A stretch of DNA of 64,000 nucleotides, from positions 1 to 64,000 of IMG/VR virus record IMGVR_UViG_3300043447_000250; one strand, written 5' to 3'. Below the pieces are notes generated by a model. That model worked only from the letters and a program-made list of their open reading frames with translations. It was not told the DNA's origin and searched no databases. Source of the DNA: a virus. Lineage: Duplodnaviria > Caudoviricetes. Below, piece after piece: positions 49,411 to 56,709 of this stretch. The number at the start of each line of letters is the position of its first letter. Within the stretch, counting starts at the first letter, position 1. A program made the translations under genes and the position numbers.

Positions 49411-49595
49411 TGCCTATCTATGAATATAAATGTCAATGTAATGATAAAGTAGTTCCATTTAATACTAGCATGGCTAGTTATAAAGAAACTTATCCTTGTG
49501 GTGAGTGTGGTGCTGATATGAAAAGACACTACACTCCCATAGGGGCTCAGTTTACTGGTTCGGGCTTCTATAGCACAGACAATAGAAAAAAGTAA
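49410..49595 (+). CDS. FmdB-family zinc-ribbon protein
   Basis: MPIYEYKC.C...CGEC...FTGSGFYSTD. Confidence 0.85.
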   Translation: MPIYEYKCQCNDKVVPFNTSMASYKETYPCGECGADMKRHYTPIGAQFTGSGFYSTDNRKK

Positions 49596-50255
49596 GTGAA
49601 GATTAACTTTATTCCTGGATCTGAAAAGATTAAGGAATTAGTTCCAGCACCTACCGCAGCAAAGTCTGTGGTTCCAAAATGGTACAAGGATATAATGCCA
49701 AATAAAGATATACCAGGCATTAAAAACTGCGTACCATTTTTGGACTCATTAACTTCTGGATACATACAGACGACATGGACAGACATTTTGGTAAATAATA
49801 ATAATGGTGAAGTCTCTATTGAATTAGTTAATCATAATGTTGAGATGGTAAGAGAGAGGCCAAGACCATCTGTTTCAATATCTGAAGATATGTACAGTAA
49901 AGAATTTGTTTGGCAAAGACCATGGGCAATAAAACTTCCAGATGGATATAGCAGTCTTATTACTCATCCATTAAACCAGATAGACTTGCCATTTTATACT
50001 CTATCTGGAATTGTAGACTCAGATATGTATCATCATGACACAGTTGGAAATATACCATTTTATATTAAGAGTGGGTTTTCTGGGGTAATCCCAGCAGGAA
50101 CCCCAATGTTTCAGATTATACCTATAAAAAGGGAAGATTGGGTTCCAGAAGAACTTGACTATGATGTTGAATTTTGGTATGATAGATACCTAGAGAAAAA
50201 CTTAAACAGAGATTCTGTTTATAAAAAGAAGTTTTGGCAAAGAAAAAACTACTAA
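49596..50255 (+). CDS. Unknown-function family protein (DUF6065-like), copy 2
   Basis: PTAAKSVVPKWYK..KNCVPFLDSLTSGY..SGIVDSD..GVIPAGTPMFQIIPIKREDW. Confidence 0.65.
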   Translation: MKINFIPGSEKIKELVPAPTAAKSVVPKWYKDIMPNKDIPGIKNCVPFLDSLTSGYIQTTWTDILVNNNNGEVSIELVNHNVEMVRERPRPSVSISEDMYSKEFVWQRPWAIKLPDGYSSLITHPLNQIDLPFYTLSGIVDSDMYHHDTVGNIPFYIKSGFSGVIPAGTPMFQIIPIKREDWVPEELDYDVEFWYDRYLEKNLNRDSVYKKKFWQRKNY

Positions 50256-50271
50256 CTATGGGGAGTACAAT

Positions 50272-50517
50272 ATGATCATGCAGGATGAGAAGGTAAAAGA
50301 GTGGACACTTAGCCCAGTAGACCGATGTGATTCTTGCAACGCAGAGGCACTTGTTATGGTGACTGGTTTGAATGGTGAACTTATGTTTTGTGGTCATCAC
50401 TACAATAAGATTATGGATAACTCAACTGGATATAAGAAGATGATGAGTTTTGCTATAACGATACTTGATGAAAGAGACAAGTTGATAGAGAATAGAGCAA
50501 AGGGAGAGTCGTACTAA
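50272..50517 (+). CDS. Small actinobacterial-type Zn-binding protein
   Basis: DRCDSCNAEA...LMFCGHH. Confidence 0.65.
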   Translation: MIMQDEKVKEWTLSPVDRCDSCNAEALVMVTGLNGELMFCGHHYNKIMDNSTGYKKMMSFAITILDERDKLIENRAKGESY

Positions 50518-50924
50518 TGTATGAATATTATGTAAGAAAAGTAGAGAATGTCGTAGATGGAGATACCATTGATGTTCTTATTGATTTAGGGTTTGATATC
50601 CTATTTGCATCTCGTGTGAGACTGGCTGGTATTGATACCCCTGAGTCTCGCACAAAGGATCTTGCTGAAAAGGCACTTGGTATTGAGGCTAAGGAATATC
50701 TAAAGAAGCACCTAAAGGATGCTAAGTCTGTTGTCATTAAGACTGAAAAGATGGACTCGTCTGAGAAGTATGGTCGCATTTTGGGTTGGGTATATGTAGA
50801 TGGTAACACAATTTCCCTTAATGATATGATGATCAATGACGGTTATGCATGGGGATACCTTGGAGATACTAAGGTCAAGGACTTTGATGCCCTTGCAAAG
50901 GCAAGAAAGAAGTCTGGAAAGTGA
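50517..50924 (+). CDS. Thermonuclease (SNase family)
   Basis: VVDGDTID, VRLAGIDTPE, KYGRILG. Confidence 0.92.
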   Translation: MYEYYVRKVENVVDGDTIDVLIDLGFDILFASRVRLAGIDTPESRTKDLAEKALGIEAKEYLKKHLKDAKSVVIKTEKMDSSEKYGRILGWVYVDGNTISLNDMMINDGYAWGYLGDTKVKDFDALAKARKKSGK

Positions 50925-51172
50925 GCCACGTACTTTATTTTACCGCAGACTGGTGCAATCCATGTGCAAGAACACGCCCAGTAGCAGAAGAACTAAAAAG
51001 GGATGGGCTGATTGATTTTGTTTTTGTAGATGCTGACATAGAGACAGAACTCCTTGAGCAGTTTAGTATCAAGTCTATTCCAACATACATCCTGCTTCAA
51101 GATGGAAAAGAGGTCAAGCGTATGAACGGTGCAAAAACAAGGCAAGACTTCCTAGACTTTGTTGGAGAGTAA
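50921..51172 (+). CDS. Thioredoxin
   Basis: FTADWCNPC, IKSIPT. Confidence 0.9.
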   Translation: MSHVLYFTADWCNPCARTRPVAEELKRDGLIDFVFVDADIETELLEQFSIKSIPTYILLQDGKEVKRMNGAKTRQDFLDFVGE

Positions 51173-51393
51173 TGAACCCAAAAACTACAGCAATGGTTGA
51201 GCACCTGATCAATCAGGGGGCAGTGCAAATGCACTCTATTGACAATGATGGTCATATTGTATATAAGATAACTGACAAACTTAAGGAAGTAAGTCCAGAA
51301 CTATACAAAGATCTAAAGGGTCAATACGATGATCATATGTTTAGGCTTATAGAGAAGGGTCCTACAACCATGACATGGAGACTCAATGGATGA
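51172..51393 (+). CDS. Hypothetical protein (paralog of the next gene)
   Basis: LI..GA.....D..G...Y..TDKL..VSP.L. Confidence 0.6.
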   Translation: MNPKTTAMVEHLINQGAVQMHSIDNDGHIVYKITDKLKEVSPELYKDLKGQYDDHMFRLIEKGPTTMTWRLNG

Positions 51394-51715
51394 GGATAAG
51401 ATTTTTGAAGACTTGATTTTAAGCGGTGCTCTTGAGCCTGCAGGAATGGATATTGACACTGGAGAAATGCTTTATAACTTCACTGACAAGTTAGAAGATG
51501 TTAGTCCAAAACTACATGATGAGTTTTCAAAATATTTTTCTATGGAGGTTACTGGTCTATGGCAGAATGGTTTTTTAGATATGAATGTCATGGAAGATAA
51601 TCCAAACATCACCCTTACTAGTAAGGCACTTGATCCAGAGCAGGTAGCAAAGTTAGATAAAGAAAAGCAGTATACTTTAAAAGAGATTATAAGGGTTATT
51701 CTAAATAGGGGGTAG
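51386..51715 (+). CDS. Hypothetical protein
   Basis: Shares the motif with the preceding gene. Confidence 0.6.
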   Translation: MDEDKIFEDLILSGALEPAGMDIDTGEMLYNFTDKLEDVSPKLHDEFSKYFSMEVTGLWQNGFLDMNVMEDNPNITLTSKALDPEQVAKLDKEKQYTLKEIIRVILNRG

Positions 51716-51717
51716 GT

Positions 51718-52143
51718 GTGGATTTTATTATTGGATCTTTTACTACACTTACAATTATAATTTTAATGTATGCTTATTTTAGTAAACTAGAAAAAATTGT
51801 TAATGTGGAATTAAAATATAATTTTTCACAAAGTTCTGTTCATGAAATGATCAAGCCGCTTTTACCAGATGATTTTTTTAAGCAAAAGAAAAAAAGAACT
51901 CAGTCGTCTGTGTATGAAGAAAAAACAAATGTTCGTGTAATTATCTTAGATGGTTTGGCATACTGGATAAGAGATAATAAGATATACGAAGCAGATATGA
52001 ACTCTGATGGAATAGATAAAGATTCTACGAGAGTAGTTGACACGATGAGTATGGATAGGGTACAATTAGATAAGATTACATTTATTGTTGATGCACTAAG
52101 AGAGGGGTTGGACGATGATAGTGGGAGTTCAGGGAACAAGTAG
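51718..52143 (+). CDS. Membrane-anchored hypothetical protein
   Basis: N-terminal hydrophobic helix; GTG start. Confidence 0.6.
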   Translation: MDFIIGSFTTLTIIILMYAYFSKLEKIVNVELKYNFSQSSVHEMIKPLLPDDFFKQKKKRTQSSVYEEKTNVRVIILDGLAYWIRDNKIYEADMNSDGIDKDSTRVVDTMSMDRVQLDKITFIVDALREGLDDDSGSSGNK

Positions 52144-52465
52144 TTTTGACGACTACAAAGTGTTTCTTCGTGGCATGGCAGTAGCCATGTCGATGTTAAA
52201 GACTGAAGATCAACACTTTGATATTTACTCTGCAGGTCCTGGCAATATCAACGCCATGGCCTCTGAGTTCACCAACTTGTCAGAACGTGGTATGAAAGCA
52301 CGTGGCAAGAAGATTAAGTTTCACAAAGTTGCTCCGTCATGGATCAGTGAAAACATTAAAGAGTTTAACTATATTGTTTATTTAGCATCGCCAAATGAAC
52401 AATCTTCTAAACTAGTTACAGAAGCACAAGACAACAATGTCGAAGTGGGAATTTTTAGATACTAA
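52115..52465 (+). CDS. SLOG/YspA-like protein
   Basis: MIVGVQGTSSFDDY pattern; upstream TTGACA-18-TACAAT. Confidence 0.5.
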   Translation: MIVGVQGTSSFDDYKVFLRGMAVAMSMLKTEDQHFDIYSAGPGNINAMASEFTNLSERGMKARGKKIKFHKVAPSWISENIKEFNYIVYLASPNEQSSKLVTEAQDNNVEVGIFRY

Positions 52466-52475
52466 GGGGAATAAA

Positions 52476-52685
52476 ATGGTAGTAACATCACTTGAAAAAA
52501 TGGAAGAGATTGTACTAAACAACAAAGCATTGCGCTGGGATGGGTGGACTGTTGTGCACTCGTATGTGTCAGACAAGGCACGTACATCAAAGTTTGGTGC
52601 ACTTGTAAATGGAAAGTGGCAGATGGAAAAGTACTTTGTACCAACAACGGCTGGGTGGGAGATCCCAGATAAGTTTGTGAGGTAA
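52476..52685 (+). CDS. Hypothetical protein
   Basis: SD AAGGGG; LRWDGWTVV motif. Confidence 0.6.
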   Translation: MVVTSLEKMEEIVLNNKALRWDGWTVVHSYVSDKARTSKFGALVNGKWQMEKYFVPTTAGWEIPDKFVR

Positions 52686-52689
52686 CACC

Positions 52690-52971
52690 TTGAAGCATGA
52701 TTGGAAAGAGGATGGTGCTTGCCTAGACTTTGACACTAACTTATTTTTTGATAAGTATGAGGAAGATGAGTTGCTAAGACCCGCAATCGATAAACTTTGC
52801 TCTGAATGCCCAGTAAGCAAGACATGTTTTGCTGTTGGTGTTTCTCAAAAGGAGTGGGGCATTTGGGGAGGGGTATACCTTGAAGGTGGGGGAATTTCCA
52901 AAGAGTTTAGCAGGCACAAAACAAAGGCTGACTGGGCAAATACCTGGCAGTATTTAACAATGGAGAAGTAA
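52690..52971 (+). CDS. whiB: WhiB-family transcription factor
   Basis: W...GAC...FF...C.ECPV..C...EWGIWGG. Confidence 0.9.
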   Translation: MKHDWKEDGACLDFDTNLFFDKYEEDELLRPAIDKLCSECPVSKTCFAVGVSQKEWGIWGGVYLEGGGISKEFSRHKTKADWANTWQYLTMEK

Positions 52972-52972
52972 T

Positions 52973-53185
52973 ATGTGGTCATGGATATTAGCAGCAGTGG
53001 GAGTAACAGGCATTTATTTCGTAGGTAGAAAAACTATCTGGGGATGGCTGGTATTGCTTGTAAACGAGTGTATCTGGATTGCATATGCACTTGCTACAAA
53101 ACAATATGGTTTTATTGTTATGGCTACCGCATATTCTGCAGTATACATTAAATCATTTATTGGATGGAGAAAAGAGTCAAAATGA
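52973..53185 (+). CDS. Small PnuC-like membrane protein
   Basis: About 3 hydrophobic segments; RKTIWGWLV..N...W pattern. Confidence 0.5.
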   Translation: MWSWILAAVGVTGIYFVGRKTIWGWLVLLVNECIWIAYALATKQYGFIVMATAYSAVYIKSFIGWRKESK

Positions 53186-53943
53186 TTATTCAGATTATTG
53201 GATTGCCTGGTTCTGGAAAGACAGAATTAGCAAAGGCATTAAAAGATCGTATTAATGCAATACATCTTAATGCAGACGAAGTTCGTGCAACAGTCAACTC
53301 TGACCTAGGGTTTTCACCAGAGGATAGAATTGAGCAGGCTCGTCGTATGGGTGAGATGGCTAGGCTTATTGCCAAGCAGGGCGTGGCACCAGTTGTAGTA
53401 GACTTTGTATGCCCCACTGTGGCTACCAGAGAGGCCTTTGGAAAGCCTGACATCTTGATTTACATGGACACAATCAAGGAGGGTCGCTTTGAAGATACAA
53501 ACAAGATGTTCCAAGCACCTGACAAGTATGACTGGTCATTTTTAAATCATACACTTGAGTCCTATGATAAGGCCACAGTAGTAATTGAAGAGTTCAAACT
53601 TCATGACTGGTCCGCTCCAACAACACTGATGCTTGGTAGATATCAGCCATGGCACGAAGGTCACCATGCTCTCTACGAAGAGGCTGGAAAGCGCACTCCA
53701 CAGGTTCTTCTGGGTGTAAGAAATACATATAAGACCAGCGAAAAGGATCCACTTAAGTTTGATCAGGTAAAGGAGTATATTGCTAAGGATGAATTTATGG
53801 ATGGAGCAATGGTCTTGAGACTTCCAAATATTACTAACATTGTCTATGGTCGTGATGTCGGATATAAGATTGAACAGGTTAAGTTAGGAGATGAACTTGA
53901 GGCTATTAGTGCTACTCAAAAGCGTAAAGAGATGGGTATCTAG
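53182..53943 (+). CDS. APS-kinase(CysC)-like domain fused to an HxGH nucleotidyltransferase domain
   Basis: GLPGSGKT, LNADEVR..DLGFS.EDRIEQARR; second domain GRYQPWHEGH...ISATQKR. Confidence 0.8.
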   Translation: MIIQIIGLPGSGKTELAKALKDRINAIHLNADEVRATVNSDLGFSPEDRIEQARRMGEMARLIAKQGVAPVVVDFVCPTVATREAFGKPDILIYMDTIKEGRFEDTNKMFQAPDKYDWSFLNHTLESYDKATVVIEEFKLHDWSAPTTLMLGRYQPWHEGHHALYEEAGKRTPQVLLGVRNTYKTSEKDPLKFDQVKEYIAKDEFMDGAMVLRLPNITNIVYGRDVGYKIEQVKLGDELEAISATQKRKEMGI

Positions 53944-54002
53944 TTTTATTTTAGATAACAACCTTGGAGATGTTGAGGAACGATTCTATTTTGGAGATAA
54001 AG

Positions 54003-54206
54003 ATGACAGTAACAAAGGCTAGATCTTTTATTAAGGCGTTAAGTTATCGTATCTGGGGAACACTATCTTCATTTATTGTTGCTTATATACTTACTGGAGA
54101 TGCAACTCTATCTGGAGCAATTGCATTCTGGGAGACTGTAGTCAAAGTATTTATCTATTACGCACATGAGCGTGGGTGGAATCATATTCAGTGGGGTAGA
54201 AAGTAA
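54003..54206 (+). CDS. DUF2061-like membrane protein
   Basis: RSFIKALSYRIWGT...YYAHERGWNHIQWG. Confidence 0.85.
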   Translation: MTVTKARSFIKALSYRIWGTLSSFIVAYILTGDATLSGAIAFWETVVKVFIYYAHERGWNHIQWGRK

Positions 54207-54448
54207 TGTATACAGAACAAAATAGAAGAGCATTCCAGTCATTGTCACACTTTGCACCAAAGGGATTCTCTTTGCAGATTATAGATAATGATCATTTTCT
54301 TACTGTTAAGGCTAGTGAAAGGCAGTTTATGTCATTGACTGGCGAAGATAAGGTACGTGCAGTAGAGTATATGGTAAGAGCAAAGCAGGCACTAGAAGAT
54401 ACTGGCGCTATTGTTTTATTAGTAAGAGAAGGTGGCGAGGAGCAATGA
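54206..54448 (+). CDS. Hypothetical protein
   Basis: Coupled ORF. Confidence 0.55.
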   Translation: MYTEQNRRAFQSLSHFAPKGFSLQIIDNDHFLTVKASERQFMSLTGEDKVRAVEYMVRAKQALEDTGAIVLLVREGGEEQ

Positions 54449-54843
54449 TTATAAACATTATTTTAGGGGTAGTAACAAGCCTATCAGTTTCACTATCTAT
54501 GTTCTTGGTGGTAAAGTTGCTTGTATTGCGTAATGACTTTGCAGATATGAATCTTCGCACAGCACTTTTGGAGCAAAATATAAAGCAGTCACTAGAAAAA
54601 CCAGTAGAGCCAATTGAAAATAGTGAAGGGTTTTTGAGGTTTGTTTCTGAGTCCCGTGATTGGGCGTTTCAATATATTGAAGAGTTTCAGGCTGGGTTGA
54701 AAGATTTTGTATCTTCAATTGAGCCAGAAATCAACTACTTTAAAGAGTATGGAGATATAAACTCTATGTCTCCAAATTATTACTCATTAAAGAAGATAGT
54801 TGAAGAGTACGAAAAGTTGAAAGGACTATTGCCAAATGAGTAG
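54445..54843 (+). CDS. Membrane-anchored hypothetical protein
   Basis: N-terminal TM; EGFLRFVSESRDWAFQYIE. Confidence 0.6.
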   Translation: MIINIILGVVTSLSVSLSMFLVVKLLVLRNDFADMNLRTALLEQNIKQSLEKPVEPIENSEGFLRFVSESRDWAFQYIEEFQAGLKDFVSSIEPEINYFKEYGDINSMSPNYYSLKKIVEEYEKLKGLLPNE

Positions 54844-54872
54844 TAGTCTTATATAATATCCTAGGAGGAAAA

Positions 54873-55169
54873 ATGAATACAACACAACTAAAGGCACTAC
54901 TAGCATCATACGGACGCTCAGTCCTTGCTGCTGCAACAACACTCTATATGGCAGGGGTAACTGATCCAAAGGACCTAGCATACTCTCTCGCAGGTGCAAT
55001 TGTTCCAGTAGTGCTTCGCTATGCAAACCCTAATGATAAGGCCTTTGGTCGCCTTCCAGAGGTTGCTGAAGTAGATGCAGCACTAAAGACGGTAAAGCCT
55101 ATTAAGGCTCCAGCAAAGAAGGCAGCAGTCAAGAAGACTACTGCAAAGAAGGCTGCTTCAAAGAAGTAA
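54873..55169 (+). CDS. Holin-like membrane protein with K/A-rich tail
   Basis: LASYGRSVLAA...LRYANPNDKAFG; SD AGGAGG. Confidence 0.55.
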   Translation: MNTTQLKALLASYGRSVLAAATTLYMAGVTDPKDLAYSLAGAIVPVVLRYANPNDKAFGRLPEVAEVDAALKTVKPIKAPAKKAAVKKTTAKKAASKK

Positions 55170-55182
55170 TAAATAATAGTAG

Positions 55183-55215
55183 ATAGTGGGTAGGAAAAAT
55201 AATCCTGCCCACTAT
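55183..55215. terminator. Hairpin between convergent genes
   Basis: ATAGTGGGTAGGA-aaaataa-TCCTGCCCACTAT. Confidence 0.7.
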
Positions 55216-55802
55216 TTTACTTTTCCAAGAAAGTTTATATTTATAACTATCCTGTTTTCTGATATCTTTGGTCCAGATGATGAGTGGTAGTAGAGCCCAT
55301 CAAACAAAACAGCCCTACCCATCTTGGGTGATACCATTTGTTTTACTGTTAAATCTGGCATGCTAGATCCATCAAACTTTTCGTTAAAGATAATTGTGTC
55401 TCCATCAGAGTCATTGACATAGTATAAAAGCACTAAGTGCTCCATATCAGTGTCAACATGCGGTGGGTGAATTGAATTTTCCTTGTTTGTTTTATATAGG
55501 ATGTTTGACTTTACTCTTAATAGTTTAAATACATCTATGTTATTTTGTAAGGCAAATGATTCAAGAATGTTTGCACCTAATTCATGGACGGATGAAAAGC
55601 CATTTCCAAAAAAATAGCCCATGTGGACATCTTGTCTTTCTTCAATAATATTAAGATTTAGATCGTTCAGTGTTGGGTATTTCTCTACATTATTTGTTGA
55701 CTCAAATTCTTCCCAAAATAAACTTTTATTATTTTTATTGAGTACATCCTGTATTTTTGATGAAACGCCTTCTTCTAAGAAGTTATCGCTTACAATGATC
55801 AT
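55212..55802 (-). CDS. 2OG-Fe(II) oxygenase
   Basis: PHVD, LYYVNDSDGDT, HSSS..RIVININF; own TGATATACT promoter (55832-55840, - strand). Confidence 0.8.
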   Translation of the reverse strand: MIIVSDNFLEEGVSSKIQDVLNKNNKSLFWEEFESTNNVEKYPTLNDLNLNIIEERQDVHMGYFFGNGFSSVHELGANILESFALQNNIDVFKLLRVKSNILYKTNKENSIHPPHVDTDMEHLVLLYYVNDSDGDTIIFNEKFDGSSMPDLTVKQMVSPKMGRAVLFDGLYYHSSSGPKISENRIVININFLGKVK

Positions 55803-55844
55803 ACGACTCCAGTTCTATTGTAACTTAAATAAGTATATCATATA

Positions 55845-55853
55845 TGATATAAT
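55845..55853 (+). promoter_or_regulatory. Extended -10 promoter of hsp20 (divergent pair)
   Basis: TGATATAAT, back-to-back with a - strand TGATATACT. Confidence 0.6.
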
Positions 55854-55883
55854 GATATAGCCTGCCCATTAGGGGGGTATAAC

Positions 55884-55906
55884 TTATTCGCTTGAAAGGG
55901 GAATAA
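55884..55906 (+). promoter_or_regulatory. ROSE-like RNA thermometer hairpin
   Basis: UUAUUC-G-CUU-GAAA-GGG-GAAUAA occludes the SD; contains UCGCU with a bulged G. Confidence 0.55.
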
Positions 55907-55907
55907 A

Positions 55908-56309
55908 ATGGTAGAAACAATGCTGGGTCTTTTAGATGACCCATTTTTTAATAGGTTCAATCAAACACTAAGAACAACACAAAATAACTATCCGCCATAT
56001 AATCTAATTAATGTCGCTGATAGTTTATTTATTTTGGAGTTTGCTCTAGCAGGATTTGATAAGGACGAAGTATCAATCACAGTAGAAAATGGTCAACTAA
56101 AGATTAGTGGGCAAAGGTCTGAGGTTGAAGAAGATGAGTCCGTAACCTATTTACATAAGGGAATCGCTGCGAGAAAGTTTTCAACAGTGTTTAACTTGCC
56201 AGAATATATGGAAGTTGAACAGGCACTTTTTTCAAATGGTATCTTAGAGATCACACTTGAAAAGCGTATTCCAGAAGAAAAGAAACCAAAAACAATCGAA
56301 ATCCAGTAG
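55908..56309 (+). CDS. Small heat-shock protein Hsp20 (IbpA-like)
   Basis: YPPYNL, ALAGF, YLHKGIAARKF, NGILEITL, PEEKKPKTIEI. Confidence 0.93.
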   Translation: MVETMLGLLDDPFFNRFNQTLRTTQNNYPPYNLINVADSLFILEFALAGFDKDEVSITVENGQLKISGQRSEVEEDESVTYLHKGIAARKFSTVFNLPEYMEVEQALFSNGILEITLEKRIPEEKKPKTIEIQ

Positions 56310-56320
56310 TACAATTAAAG

Positions 56321-56411
56321 CCTATACACCCAGACACCTGGGCAGTGTAGGTAAAACAAGGGTCGCTACCCCTTGGATGGAGTCCTGAGTATGACTTTAA
56401 ACTGCTCTTTT
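56321..56411 (+). ncRNA. Candidate structured RNA (two hairpins + H-type pseudoknot)
   Basis: CCUAUAC..CCCAG/CUGGG..GUGUAGG; CAAGGG/CCCUUG; GAGUC/GACUU whose loop GAGUA can pair with the downstream UGCUC. Confidence 0.45.
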
Positions 56412-56433
56412 AAAATTCTGGTATAATGATTGC

Positions 56434-56709
56434 ATGACAATTCATTCAAATCCAACGCTCTCTACTTCAGAGCCAACACGACTTTCTCCAAATGGAGTAC
56501 ACTCAGGTGTAGATATTACAATTCAAAACCTAAGCGAAACTGCTTATATTTACCTTGGTGGAGAAAATGTAGATGTAGAAAGTTTTGGCTACCGTCTATC
56601 ACCAGGAGCAGCATGGTCTGTTGAACTACCTGGAACAGATGCACTTTATGCAGTTGGAGATGAAAACGGATCTTATATCGCAGTACTCCAGACAGGACTT
56701 GATAACTAA
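56434..56709 (+). CDS. Small beta-rich protein (leaderless)
   Basis: TGGTATAAT-6-ATG; IQNLSETAYIYLGG..GYRLSPG..DALYAV pattern seen in phage structural proteins. Confidence 0.6.
   Translation: MTIHSNPTLSTSEPTRLSPNGVHSGVDITIQNLSETAYIYLGGENVDVESFGYRLSPGAAWSVELPGTDALYAVGDENGSYIAVLQTGLDN

Noticed and set aside
55621-55860. + strand 79-aa ORF
   Set aside because: Antisense to the oxygenase and runs across the divergent promoters
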